NCBI GenBank assembly: GCA_018666575.1
Contig: JABIYX010000152.1
Location: 1-53,990 of the forward strand
DNA: 53,990 nucleotides
Source of the DNA: Methanobacteriota archaeon
GTDB lineage: Archaea; Thermoplasmatota; Poseidoniia; Poseidoniales; Poseidoniaceae
Direction: 5' to 3'
In this document: positions 28,444 to 38,202 of the stretch, piece by piece
Numbering within the stretch: position 1 is the first letter of the stretch
How the letters are laid out: each line of letters opens with the position of its first letter
The notes under the pieces: generated by a model
What the model was told of the DNA's origin: nothing
Databases searched by the model: none
The model's input: only the letters and a program-made list of their open reading frames with translations
Program-made: the position numbers and the translations under genes

Positions 28444-28772
28444 GGTATTTCCACAATCCTCGGTGCTCAAAAAGCCGACAATGTTTGACATATATGTCAG
28501 ATAATGTAGATATTGTACTCTATCTAAATGAAGAATTGCATCCATCCGTATATCTCTCACTATTACAACGATACGATGGTGATGTATCCGATCTCTTAAG
28601 ACTCCAAGAAAGTCCTGCTAAAGGAATCGATTTACTCTCGTACAGTATGGATGATTTAGCAGATTTCCTTTCTCGTAACCCTATTGTCCTACAACGGCCA
28701 ATTTACGATGATGGAGTTACAATTTTTATTGGAAGGCCTGTAGAGAATATCTCAAAGATATTTGAAAATTAA
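28440..28772 (+). CDS. arsC: ArsC/Spx family protein
   Basis: YFHNPRCSKSR, LQRPI and IGRP. ATGA overlap with the upstream gene. Confidence 0.85.
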   Translation: MRYFHNPRCSKSRQCLTYMSDNVDIVLYLNEELHPSVYLSLLQRYDGDVSDLLRLQESPAKGIDLLSYSMDDLADFLSRNPIVLQRPIYDDGVTIFIGRPVENISKIFEN

Positions 28773-29260
28773 TCTCCTACTCGTTCTTCAATATCAACTT
28801 CAAACGAAACGTCTTCTAGATGCTGGTTTGGGGGTACATGGCCTGGTTTTGTATTCCAATTAACTGAAGATGAATCTTTGACTAATCTCAATACATTCAA
28901 GTTGATGAATACCTGCAAACCTGCCTGGGTTCTGTGAACAACAGGGGACACTTCTTCGTGATATGTTTGACTCATATGCATGCAAATTTCTTCAAATGTT
29001 TTCGTCCCATTACACAATTCCCACAAAACGCTGTTCTTATCCAAGAGTGGTCTTCGTAACTCCCTTGGGGCACGAAATAGTTTGGCAGCTATTTTTTCAA
29101 TTTTGCCAAACTTCTTTTCAAATCGTAGCACGACAGTTTTCCCAGTAACTCCATCGATCTCAGGATGAGATTTAGCATCGCCCGTACGTCCCCACCAAAC
29201 AGGAAGACGAGTAGGATACATGTTTGCCCAAGGATGCTGATCTATTGTTGAGAGTTCCAA
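28769..29260 (-). CDS. Hypothetical protein with a PqqD-like winged helix
   Basis: LDKNSVLWELCNGTKTFEEIC resembles the PqqD-family pattern. Confidence 0.6.
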   Translation of the reverse strand: MELSTIDQHPWANMYPTRLPVWWGRTGDAKSHPEIDGVTGKTVVLRFEKKFGKIEKIAAKLFRAPRELRRPLLDKNSVLWELCNGTKTFEEICMHMSQTYHEEVSPVVHRTQAGLQVFINLNVLRLVKDSSSVNWNTKPGHVPPNQHLEDVSFEVDIEERVGD

Positions 29261-29269
29261 TACATCACC

Positions 29270-29443
29270 TCAAAAATCAGTCCAAGTCCATGTGACGAGC
29301 GTTAACATAGAAATAACGCCAAGCATTGCAGAAAGTTTGGTTGCCTGTACGCGTTGTGTGAAATTACGTAGGTACCAAGTTAGTACTCCAAAAATAGCAA
29401 CGAATGCCCATAAGATGTACCATAGGGGGCCCTCTCCGTCCAT
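29270..29443 (-). CDS. Small 2-TM membrane protein (57 aa)
   Basis: MDGEGPLWYILWAF...WTWTDF is the non-overlapping part of ORF 29270..29671, followed by a GAGGTG SD for the next gene. Confidence 0.65.
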   Translation of the reverse strand: MDGEGPLWYILWAFVAIFGVLTWYLRNFTQRVQATKLSAMLGVISMLTLVTWTWTDF

Positions 29444-29465
29444 GTGTTGCTCATCAGCAGGTAGG

Positions 29466-32400
29466 TCATGGCTGTTTCCCCAATCGATCAAGGTACTGTT
29501 GACCATAGTGGTGCCATTGTTCCATGGACCAACCATCTGGTAATCCCGATTCTGGAACGGGTGGCGAAGATTGTACGTTTTCCATGACTGGTTGTTGAAG
29601 TGCCGTATCAATTTTAGTTGCAGGAGGCCTATTTGTGATTGGCGGCCCGTGAATTTCGATTTCTTCATCATCTTCGAATGGAATAGATTTTCTTCGAATT
29701 ATAAGAGCGATTAACATGACCATGACTATTGCGATACCACCCGTAATTAATGTAGGGGCATTCATTTGAACATTCATGAATCCTTCATTTTCGTCTGGAA
29801 CTGTGTAAGTGATTAATTGTTCAGAAGACAAAGAAATTGTTTCATCAACCGATGTCATTGACACAATTAACTTCCCTTCAAGTACCCCATCTAGGCGATG
29901 AATTGTACAACTAAACTGCTTTTCAGCTATCTCTCCGCGAGAATATTGGAGGCTTACATTCAACGATTCAGACATTTGAAACAGATTACCATTGCATATT
30001 ACTTGCCAAGAGTCTGGATGGCTTATTGAAACAAGAATCTGTTCAGTCTGTGTTGATTCGCTTGATAGATTAATCCAAAACTCAGCACCAGTAGAATCAG
30101 ATTCTATGGGACCTGTTGGTAACTTTGAAACTTCAAACTCTACTTTCCTTTGTTCATCGACATAGATAAGGTTTTGATGCTCAATTTTTACTACATTACC
30201 ATCTTCATCGAGGCCGCCCTCAACATATGTCGTAATCACAATCCTTGTATTCAAAGGCACTTCAGGACCTATGATCAGATCAATAATCACAAGTTTTGAA
30301 TCGCCTGCACTCATTGGGAACGTTAGTGGATTACCCGGCACCGTTGTAGGGCCGCCAACACCAGCTGTAAGGAAGGCAACAAGATCGTTGGTTGGCGGAG
30401 ATGTTGAAACATCAAAGCCAATTTCCATATCAGACTCTAATGCATTCCCTACGTTCATGATTGTTCCATTCAATGTAATTGACGAATCTATCATGGCATG
30501 GATGTCCTTGCTCGTTGAGTTGTATGATGGATAGCGTACGCTTCCTGTCATCATCATGTGTGTGATTACATTGTCTGATGCATCGATATCTATGCCATCT
30601 GGTATGACTTCAACACCAATCTCATGCAATTCACCTGCGGATTCGCTCATAGGTATAGAAATTAGAATATCTATCACTGCTGTATTTTCTCCGATATAGG
30701 AAACGGTTAATGGTATGGAATTGCTTTCTAAAACAAGACCATCCTGCCGTAACATGTAATCCCAACTTGAGGGTATGTTCGGGAGAGTGAGTTCTGCTTC
30801 ACTTGGCCCGTTTCCATTGTTTACGATTTCAACTTGAATCGAACTCATAGCGCCAGGGAGTAGCCATTGGTCTGCATCGATTAATGAAATGCTCAAATCA
30901 TGAACCGTATCGATAAGGACTCGATCATATTGGGCACCAGTGAATGAGGAGGAACTACGGGTCGATGTAACAATCGGTTTGAATCCTGGTGCGGCATCAT
31001 CGGCTTGGCCATTATTCGGTGCAGTTACAGCGATATAAAAAGAAGCAGACATTCCTGGATTAATCGCAATGGCAGGACGGATCTCTGGTTCAATTACCCA
31101 TCCAATTTTGGGATTTGATTCGACTGATAGTTCGAAGATGTCCTGCCTCGAAGCCTGATTTGTAATTGTATAGGGGACATGTATTGTCTGTCCAGCTGAG
31201 ATGAACCGGTATGCCTCTTCATCTCCATCGAATTCTATTTCGGCTTGAGATATCATAGATGCTTGTATTGTTATTGATTCCGTAACGGTTCGACTCGTAT
31301 CGTTTTGAGCAGTGAGTGTGAGCCAAAAATCCCCTGTGGTATCGGGCCCCGCATCGCTTGGGACAGTCATTAAGAATCGTACATTAACAGGCTGGTTAGG
31401 CACAAGTCGGACGGATGAGAGTTGATCAAATGACAAAGAAGTACTCCAGCCAGTGGCCAAATTTTTAGATTCTGTAGTAAGGTCAAATACATCTGTCGCT
31501 TGACCAATATTACTCACTTCGACTTCGAAAACACATGATGAGCCGGGGGAACATTTTGGTTTTACATCCGGTTGATGAATGAATGGCATTCGATCAGCCA
31601 ACACTTGGAATTGCATTGCTTCTGTGACATAAACAGTAGGCTGTTGCATGCTTGTTGCAACGAACGTCATTTGAGTGAATCCAGTTGTGGCATTAGCATC
31701 TGGTTGTATTTTGACGTCAATTTGTTTCGATTCACCTGGTAGTAGGCGTATTCCAGTTGATGGGTTAACACCTGCTCCAGACGGGTATGAATAGGCAACA
31801 TTCCAGTCTTGTGGAAGGTTCAGGATTGACGGTGATATCGAATCTGATATGTTGCCAGTATTTTCAAGATTCATGGTAATTTTGCCCCATGACCCAGGCA
31901 CAGCGCCGATTGTTGATACTCCAGTAGCTTGGAAATCGTATTCTTCATTTCGGGCTGATTGGTCATATATGACAACAATATCATCAATCCAATATCCATT
32001 ACTTGTACCAGAACTATCGCTCGTAAATGTAAATTTGAATTGAGAATTAGCGTGAAGATGTTGGGATGGAATGACTGGGATAAGCGGTGTCGAATGTCCC
32101 ATGTTTACATTCGATATAGTTCGCCATTCTCCTAAATTAGCATCGACCGTTCCAGAGATTGTAACCAATTCATCCCAAGCTCCATTTTGGTTTTTAGCAT
32201 ATAATTTCAATTCATCGTTAGCGGCAGCGCTTCCAGTATAGAAGAACGAAATTCCATTGGTCATGAGAGGGTTGTAAACAGCATCGCTAAAATCAAGAAT
32301 TGGAGTTGTTAATGAGGATTGCATGTTGTTATTGTACGAGCCAGTACTGCCTTGACCTATGTGGCATGAACTGCCCAAACTCAAGGCTGCGTCAGAATTC

Positions 32401-32996
32401 ATTCCCCATAACGGCCCGGTATTCCAACCAACGAGGGATGTGCACGTGGAATAGGAATATGCAACAGTATAGTGCCTTGAAAGAACATCATTTCCAGAAT
32501 CATCATCAACGGCCCCGTGGCTTGAAGTTAAGAGTAATGTGTGATTTCCCGAATAGTTGACATATACATTGTAAAATGTGGCAGTCCCTTGTCCACTGCT
32601 GGTTAGACCGTTCATTGTGATCGTTCTGTTGGCCAATTCAAATTGTTCGTATTCATTATGGAGGATAAGTAGATGAAGCGTAATTATTCCAGAAGTAGAT
32701 GTGCCATCATTTCGAACCGTGACTTCAATATCCATCGGTGTCGAATTGACTGAGTCCGTCACATACAAGTCCGCTGGTCGGTTGAAATTTGGTATTGGAT
32801 GGTTGGATGAAAACATCTTGAACTGATTTTCATCGGCTAAATTAGAATATGTAATCGAGACATCAACCGGAGTGATGTCAATACCTGAGTTTTTGGAAGT
32901 CTGGGACTGAGATTCATCGTTGAGAATAGATGGGTCTGCTATTGAATGAAGAATGAGGAAAATGAAAAGAATTGTCGCAGACTGTCCTCGCCCCAT
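29466..32996 (-). CDS. Large cell-surface protein: CARDB/Ig-like repeats, jelly-roll domain, C-terminal TM and Trp-rich cytoplasmic tail
   Basis: Signal-like N-terminus, repeated N-x-G-x-x-x-D Ig strands, GYWIDDI, TM at about aa 1085-1105, and tail GLPDGWSMEQWHHYG. Confidence 0.8.
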   Translation of the reverse strand: MGRGQSATILFIFLILHSIADPSILNDESQSQTSKNSGIDITPVDVSITYSNLADENQFKMFSSNHPIPNFNRPADLYVTDSVNSTPMDIEVTVRNDGTSTSGIITLHLLILHNEYEQFELANRTITMNGLTSSGQGTATFYNVYVNYSGNHTLLLTSSHGAVDDDSGNDVLSRHYTVAYSYSTCTSLVGWNTGPLWGMNSDAALSLGSSCHIGQGSTGSYNNNMQSSLTTPILDFSDAVYNPLMTNGISFFYTGSAAANDELKLYAKNQNGAWDELVTISGTVDANLGEWRTISNVNMGHSTPLIPVIPSQHLHANSQFKFTFTSDSSGTSNGYWIDDIVVIYDQSARNEEYDFQATGVSTIGAVPGSWGKITMNLENTGNISDSISPSILNLPQDWNVAYSYPSGAGVNPSTGIRLLPGESKQIDVKIQPDANATTGFTQMTFVATSMQQPTVYVTEAMQFQVLADRMPFIHQPDVKPKCSPGSSCVFEVEVSNIGQATDVFDLTTESKNLATGWSTSLSFDQLSSVRLVPNQPVNVRFLMTVPSDAGPDTTGDFWLTLTAQNDTSRTVTESITIQASMISQAEIEFDGDEEAYRFISAGQTIHVPYTITNQASRQDIFELSVESNPKIGWVIEPEIRPAIAINPGMSASFYIAVTAPNNGQADDAAPGFKPIVTSTRSSSSFTGAQYDRVLIDTVHDLSISLIDADQWLLPGAMSSIQVEIVNNGNGPSEAELTLPNIPSSWDYMLRQDGLVLESNSIPLTVSYIGENTAVIDILISIPMSESAGELHEIGVEVIPDGIDIDASDNVITHMMMTGSVRYPSYNSTSKDIHAMIDSSITLNGTIMNVGNALESDMEIGFDVSTSPPTNDLVAFLTAGVGGPTTVPGNPLTFPMSAGDSKLVIIDLIIGPEVPLNTRIVITTYVEGGLDEDGNVVKIEHQNLIYVDEQRKVEFEVSKLPTGPIESDSTGAEFWINLSSESTQTEQILVSISHPDSWQVICNGNLFQMSESLNVSLQYSRGEIAEKQFSCTIHRLDGVLEGKLIVSMTSVDETISLSSEQLITYTVPDENEGFMNVQMNAPTLITGGIAIVMVMLIALIIRRKSIPFEDDEEIEIHGPPITNRPPATKIDTALQQPVMENVQSSPPVPESGLPDGWSMEQWHHYGQQYLDRLGKQP

Positions 32997-33026
32997 ATCT
33001 GGGTATTTACCCTCGACGTATTTGAT

Positions 33027-33851
33027 TTATTCGTCAATGGATTCTGATTGAGCTAATTGCAGCTTTTGCTCGCGCTTTTTATCTTTGGCACGTGCTGCAA
33101 AATACACGGTGAATGAGGGGATGAGTACCATCGAAAAGCATCCGACTACTGCTGCAAGTGCCCACAAGAATTCCGTAGCAGCATCGATTGAATAGACTTC
33201 TATCGAAGAGAATTCCTCATTCACGGTCTGAATTGTGATGATTGGTTGAATGGATTTGTTTCCTGGTTCAACGATCTGAAGGATCAGTTGGCTTGAACCG
33301 TGGAGATATTCAATTTCGTTCCTTGCTTCGTTTTCTGCCTCTTGAATATCATCGGCATACACAGTTCCGTTTGATCGTCTAGCAGGATCTGTTGAGGTAA
33401 GAGACCGCAATTCAATACTGGAATCATCCGCTTCTACTTCGATGGTATCGCTGAATTGGCAGTGTTCAGAGCATCTAAAGTCAACTTTCTCTCCATCCAC
33501 GGTTACTTCTGCATCTTCAACACCCAAGAATTGATGGCTGTAGAGTTTAGCTGTATTGGACAATTTTATGATTGCTCCAGTTGCTAAATCCTCTATTGAC
33601 ATGTTTACCCATGTGAGGTTTTGAGCATCTATTTCAACAACTGAGGTCCAATATGTTTCGTTGTTTATAACTTGTTTATCTAAATCGAAATCATTGTATT
33701 CAGTATCTGTCGATTCTGTTTGATAAATGTAGTAACTTGGCGAAACGGTGGCACCATATACTGCATATGACAGCAGGAAAATCAGAGTCAATGAGAGCCC
33801 AATCAGCGTCCTTAGCAGATTGGGATTCTGTGCCAATGCTTTCTTCATCAT
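33027..33851 (-). CDS. Hypothetical membrane protein (N- and C-terminal TM)
   Basis: Start at MMKKALAQ after GGGAG; two TMs flank an acidic domain. Confidence 0.7.
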   Translation of the reverse strand: MMKKALAQNPNLLRTLIGLSLTLIFLLSYAVYGATVSPSYYIYQTESTDTEYNDFDLDKQVINNETYWTSVVEIDAQNLTWVNMSIEDLATGAIIKLSNTAKLYSHQFLGVEDAEVTVDGEKVDFRCSEHCQFSDTIEVEADDSSIELRSLTSTDPARRSNGTVYADDIQEAENEARNEIEYLHGSSQLILQIVEPGNKSIQPIITIQTVNEEFSSIEVYSIDAATEFLWALAAVVGCFSMVLIPSFTVYFAARAKDKKREQKLQLAQSESIDE

Positions 33852-33981
33852 TACTCCCAAACATGCCTGATTCATGAAGACTTGCACTCGTCCAAAGAAC
33901 AATATGCTCATCAATTTATACATCAATCCGCCCGTTTTATTCAAATAGGGGAGACAAGTCGGAAGGTTGCTTGGTGTAGAC

Positions 33982-34476
33982 ATGACGACGTTTTATGATG
34001 TTCCTGCGAACTTTCTGATTCCAGCTGTTGCTGAACAATTGAAGAGCAATGCCTCGATTACAATGCCTGAATGGGCTAACGTAGTGAAAACTGGCTCCTC
34101 TCGCGAACGTCCTCCTAGCCAAACTGACTGGTGGCACATACGCGGAGCAGCAATGTTGCGTAAAATTGCCCGTCAAGGTCCGATTGGAGTAACTCTTCTT
34201 TCTCAGGAATATGGCGGCCGTAAGAATAACGGTTCCAAACCAAATACACCTGGTGTTGGATCACGAAAGGTAATCCGCGCAATCCTACAACAACTCGAAG
34301 ATGCAGGTCTCGTAGTAACTCAAGCGGCACGTGTTGTAGAACACGAGAACCGTGAACCGACCCAACTTTACTCTGGACGCATCATTACTCCAGCAGGCCA
34401 TAAACTTCTGAACGAAGTTGCTCATGCTGTACGACCAGAAGTTGAAGCAGCATACCCAGGACTCGACAAGTACTGA
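33982..34476 (+). CDS. rps19e: 30S ribosomal protein S19e
   Basis: MTTFYDVP, VKTG, WWHIRGAAMLRK and GRIITPAG. Confidence 0.96.
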   Translation: MTTFYDVPANFLIPAVAEQLKSNASITMPEWANVVKTGSSRERPPSQTDWWHIRGAAMLRKIARQGPIGVTLLSQEYGGRKNNGSKPNTPGVGSRKVIRAILQQLEDAGLVVTQAARVVEHENREPTQLYSGRIITPAGHKLLNEVAHAVRPEVEAAYPGLDKY

Positions 34477-34499
34477 TTGGAAGTGAGTAGGTGGTTTCA

Positions 34500-34859
34500 A
34501 TGGTCGATAACACGTCTTCAGAACTTGAAGCGTTCCGACTTCGACGCCAACAAGAACTCCAACAACAACTTGCTCAACAAGCTCAACAACAAGCGGATGC
34601 AGAAGTTGAGTCCCAAGCAAAAGCAGTTGAACGCAATGCACTTGATTCCGCAATGCGTACAATCCTTTCTCCAGAGGCTCGAGGCCGTTTGACAAATGTC
34701 TCACTCGTCGATCCATCCCGTGCTGAGTTGCTCAAGAAGCAACTTGTTAATCTCCACCAAGAATCAAAAATCTCTATTCCTGTTTCAGATGAACAGTTGA
34801 AGAGAATCCTTGCCAACCTATCCAAGAGCCGCCGTAGTGCGTCTATCCGTCGAATCTAA
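34500..34859 (+). CDS. PDCD5-family DNA-binding protein
   Basis: [10 protein letters not shown] and [10 protein letters not shown]; conserved position after rps19e. Confidence 0.9.
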   Translation: MVDNTSSELEAFRLRRQQELQQQLAQQAQQQADAEVESQAKAVERNALDSAMRTILSPEARGRLTNVSLVDPSRAELLKKQLVNLHQESKISIPVSDEQLKRILANLSKSRRSASIRRI

Positions 34860-34875
34860 AGAAGGGTGCTCGAAC

Positions 34876-35031
34876 ATGTCAAAAAATAAACCAGCAGCAA
34901 AGAAAATACGCCTCATGAAGGCAGGGAAGCAAAACCGACGTGTACCCGTATGGGTCATGCTCAAGACCAACCGCAGCACAGTGTCGCATCCAAAGCGCCA
35001 CCACTGGCGCCGCAGCAAACTACAACGATGA
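34876..35031 (+). CDS. rpl39e: 50S ribosomal protein L39e
   Basis: [14 protein letters not shown]...RHHWRRSKL. Confidence 0.96.
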   Translation: MSKNKPAAKKIRLMKAGKQNRRVPVWVMLKTNRSTVSHPKRHHWRRSKLQR

Positions 35032-35037
35032 GGTGAT

Positions 35038-35319
35038 ATGATGGCAAGAGCAGCAACATCCGAACTAATTGTACCACTTAGAAATGCATGGAACATTACA
35101 CGCTACAAGCGTGCACCCCGTGCAATTCAAATCATCAGAGACCAAGTTATTCGTCATCTGAAAGTCACTCCTGAAGAAGAGATCTATATCGATCCTGAAG
35201 TGAACGAAAAAATTTGGGAACGTGGGATTGAAAACCCACCGCGCAAGATCAAACTGACAGTCATTCGTCACGATGAACCTGATATCCCTATCGAAGTCAA
35301 ACTCTATGTGGAGGCCTAA
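35038..35319 (+). CDS. rpl31e: 50S ribosomal protein L31e
   Basis: KRAPRAI and [16 protein letters not shown]. Confidence 0.95.
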   Translation: MMARAATSELIVPLRNAWNITRYKRAPRAIQIIRDQVIRHLKVTPEEEIYIDPEVNEKIWERGIENPPRKIKLTVIRHDEPDIPIEVKLYVEA

Positions 35320-35321
35320 TT

Positions 35322-35513
35322 ATGGGAAATATTCGACCAAGTTTTATCAAAATCAGAGCTATTCGACTTGTTGAAGAACATGGTGAGAAATTCACTGATG
35401 ATTTCGATCACAACAAATTGATGGTTGGCCAACTCACTGACGTTAGCACAAAGAAACTACGAAATTGGATTGCTGGTTACGTTACACGTTACCGCCAACG
35501 CCGTACAGATTGA
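35322..35513 (+). CDS. rps17e: 30S ribosomal protein S17e
   Basis: [15 protein letters not shown] and [10 protein letters not shown]. Confidence 0.95.
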   Translation: MGNIRPSFIKIRAIRLVEEHGEKFTDDFDHNKLMVGQLTDVSTKKLRNWIAGYVTRYRQRRTD

Positions 35514-35527
35514 GAGGAGTCGGTTCT

Positions 35528-35749
35528 TTGCCCATTTGGGTTGATTGGAATCGAACACCAGTTTCCGTTCATGGGGACGATGCTGAGCAACTTGAACTAT
35601 TGATTCTCCATTTGCGTAATCAATACAATGTTCGAAGACGCTCCCTTGTCATGCCTGATCGTGAATCCGGTGGTTGCCTATTTTTCATTTATCAAGCGTG
35701 TAACCCTATGTGGATTGCGGAATTTCTGAATAAAATGGAGGGTAAATGA
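35528..35749 (+). CDS. Small hypothetical protein (73 aa, TTG start)
   Basis: GAGGAG SD before TTG; stop overlaps the trmJ start. Confidence 0.6.
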   Translation: MPIWVDWNRTPVSVHGDDAEQLELLILHLRNQYNVRRRSLVMPDRESGGCLFFIYQACNPMWIAEFLNKMEGK

Positions 35750-36585
35750 TGGGCGATCGTAGTGATTTACCTCTTCCCTCATCCCCATATGAGCTTGTTA
35801 TCGTTCTTGTTGGCGTTCAGCATCCTGGTAATTTAGGGGCCGTTTGCCGATCACTCCTCAATCATGGTTATGATCGTCTACGCCTAGTTAATCCACAATG
35901 CAGTCCTGATGATGTCGAAGCTAGAAACCGTGCGAAACATGCAGGAAGAATTCTCGATAATTGCGACGTGTTTTCCTCTTTCAACGAAGCCGTAGCAGAT
36001 TGCTCAGTGGTCGTAGGTACATCGGGGAAACGAGAAGTTGGTTCCAAGACGCAAATGCGTCATTTTGTTTATCCATGGGAATTTTCAGAACGAATCTCTT
36101 CCCAAACCGAGACAGTAGCTCTTGTGTTTGGTGAAGAAGGGAAAGGTCTTGCAGAGGAGGACTTGTTAAATTGTGATTATCTCGTTACTCTGCCAACGTG
36201 GGAAGGATATCCGATTACAAATTTAAGCCATGCAGTCCATACATTGACCTATGAATTACACCGTAACAGGGTTATTTCAAATCAAGGTAAGGAAGACGCA
36301 TTGCCATCAATTGTTCCACTTGAGCGTGGAATCTCTGCGGAACAAAGAATCGTACTACGGAAAGCGATTATGGATATTTCAAAGAATTTACCAGGCGGAG
36401 ATGAGCGTAAAAAATCGTTTGGCCATTCTATGATTCGTTCTTTGCAACGATCCGGGTTGTTGAGGGATGAAGCTAATCGAATGATTGGAGGGCTCGTGGA
36501 TTCTGCAACTGCCCTCGCTTTTGCTTCAGGTAATGACGAATGGCGTGCATCAAGAAGAAGGAAAGTAATCCGTGAAGAAGAGTAA
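35746..36585 (+). CDS. trmJ: SPOUT tRNA methyltransferase, TrmJ/LasT family
   Basis: HPGNLGAVCR, LRLVNP, ALVFGEEGKGL and YPITNLSHAV. Confidence 0.88.
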   Translation: MMGDRSDLPLPSSPYELVIVLVGVQHPGNLGAVCRSLLNHGYDRLRLVNPQCSPDDVEARNRAKHAGRILDNCDVFSSFNEAVADCSVVVGTSGKREVGSKTQMRHFVYPWEFSERISSQTETVALVFGEEGKGLAEEDLLNCDYLVTLPTWEGYPITNLSHAVHTLTYELHRNRVISNQGKEDALPSIVPLERGISAEQRIVLRKAIMDISKNLPGGDERKKSFGHSMIRSLQRSGLLRDEANRMIGGLVDSATALAFASGNDEWRASRRRKVIREEE

Positions 36586-37035
36586 CTACGGCGTCCACGT
36601 GGCCCAGCTTTTCGGGGTCTCGCGTACATGCATTGCTACGAGCCTCAAAGATGTCCCGTACGAATTCTTAATATGAGGTTCAACTTGATCAAATGCCCAT
36701 TTCGCTAGATTTTCTGCTGTAGGAATAAAGGGTACAACAAAGGTACGATGACCTGAATCAAGGTGGGAAAGTGCAGTTTTGGCTTCTTCATCCCCTGAGT
36801 AGACAACGAATGCATGATCAACCACATCGTGAATGTGCTCCATTAGGATATGGCTCACATCTGAAAAATCCATGACCATTCCTTCTTCACTAACGCCAGG
36901 TGTGTTGACAATGTCTCCTTCAATTTCTGCCTCGAATCTGTATCGATGACCGTGGAAGTGTCTGCACTTACTCTTGTGATTGGGTACTCTATGTCCTGTA
37001 TCGGTTTCTACATATCTTCGTATCCTCGTAGTCAT
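36586..37035 (-). CDS. queD: 6-carboxy-5,6,7,8-tetrahydropterin synthase
   Basis: GHRV...KCRHFHGHRY, GMVMDF, PTAENLA and VRETP. Confidence 0.92.
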   Translation of the reverse strand: MTTRIRRYVETDTGHRVPNHKSKCRHFHGHRYRFEAEIEGDIVNTPGVSEEGMVMDFSDVSHILMEHIHDVVDHAFVVYSGDEEAKTALSHLDSGHRTFVVPFIPTAENLAKWAFDQVEPHIKNSYGTSLRLVAMHVRETPKSWATWTP

Positions 37036-37421
37036 TCTTTCACCTCAAATTCCATTGCAGCACTGTTGATACAATACCGCTCCCCACCATGTTTTCTTGG
37101 TCCATCGTTGAACACATGGCCTAGATGTGCATCGCATGTACCACAACGAACTTCGGTTCGAACCATCCCGTGGGTTACATCAACTATGCGAGAAATACAG
37201 GCCTCTGAATCCTCAGAGTGAAAGGCAGGCCATCCGCATCCAGAATCAAATTTCATCTCATCTGAGAACAAGAGAGTTTTACAGACGATACACGTATAAT
37301 CGCCTTTTCTTTTTTCATCATTCAGTATGCCGGTGAATGGGCGTTCAGTCCCATTTTGCTGCGTTACATAGAACGAAATATCTGGCAAAGAGGCTATGTT
37401 TTCTTTCCAATCATCAGTCAT
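37032..37421 (-). CDS. msrB: Peptide-methionine (R)-S-oxide reductase
   Basis: GTERPFTG, KFDSGCGWPAF, HLGHVF and RYCINS. Confidence 0.95.
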   Translation of the reverse strand: MTDDWKENIASLPDISFYVTQQNGTERPFTGILNDEKRKGDYTCIVCKTLLFSDEMKFDSGCGWPAFHSEDSEACISRIVDVTHGMVRTEVRCGTCDAHLGHVFNDGPRKHGGERYCINSAAMEFEVKE

Positions 37422-38202
37422 GAGTATCACCTTTGAATTGCTTTTCAATCATTAATGCATTTGAAAGAATGTTTTCCCAAGGTAGGATATAGGGAATTGG
37501 ATCTTTTCTACCAATCGCATGAAATGCCAATATACGTTCAATATCTGAACCGCTTGTTCCAGAACTTCTTCCAGAATCATCAGGATTATACGAAGTGATT
37601 GTGTTTTGAAGCACTGTATCAAAATCAAATCCAAGAGTCTTAGTGGAATCAAGAGCATCAAGTAAAATGGATTCTTTGTCACCGTGTAAGAAGGGTAAAT
37701 CGAATTCTACAAGTTCGTGATCCCAGTTTCCGACTTTGAAAGCCTCATGGAGTGATTCATAGAATTCTGGCCTGCAATCAGGATAGATTGCATGATCGCC
37801 ACTATGTACGCCGAGGGCTAGAATAACATCGCTCCCAGATTGTTTTGCTTTTGATAATGCAAATCCATAAAGGATTGAAGCAAATATTGCATTGCGGTTT
37901 GGTACCACTGTCATCTTCATCTGATCCTCTTCATAATGACCTGTTGGAACTTCCTGTTCATCAGACGTGAGTGCAGAATCAAAGAGTTTCATGGCCGGTG
38001 AGAGATCAACGATATGATGGCGAATATCATGCCCATTTGATTGACACAGTTGAACGGTCGCTTTTGCTTTTTCAACTTCGATGGAGTGTTTTTGGCCGTA
38101 GATGTAGGAGATGCATGTGGCTCGATATCCCCTAGCGAGATAATGAATCAATAGGCATGTCGAATCCATACCTCCACTCAGCGCCAAGACAACGTGTTTC
38201 AT
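37414..38202 (-). CDS. queC: 7-cyano-7-deazaguanine synthase
   Basis: LSGGMDS, YGQKH, VPNRN and DHAIYPDCRPEF. Confidence 0.94.
   Translation of the reverse strand: MKHVVLALSGGMDSTCLLIHYLARGYRATCISYIYGQKHSIEVEKAKATVQLCQSNGHDIRHHIVDLSPAMKLFDSALTSDEQEVPTGHYEEDQMKMTVVPNRNAIFASILYGFALSKAKQSGSDVILALGVHSGDHAIYPDCRPEFYESLHEAFKVGNWDHELVEFDLPFLHGDKESILLDALDSTKTLGFDFDTVLQNTITSYNPDDSGRSSGTSGSDIERILAFHAIGRKDPIPYILPWENILSNALMIEKQFKGDTHD

Noticed and set aside
28769..29443. RiPP biosynthetic cluster
   Set aside because: No adjacent radical SAM, YcaO or peptidase gene, and the small ORF looks like a 2-TM protein rather than a precursor.
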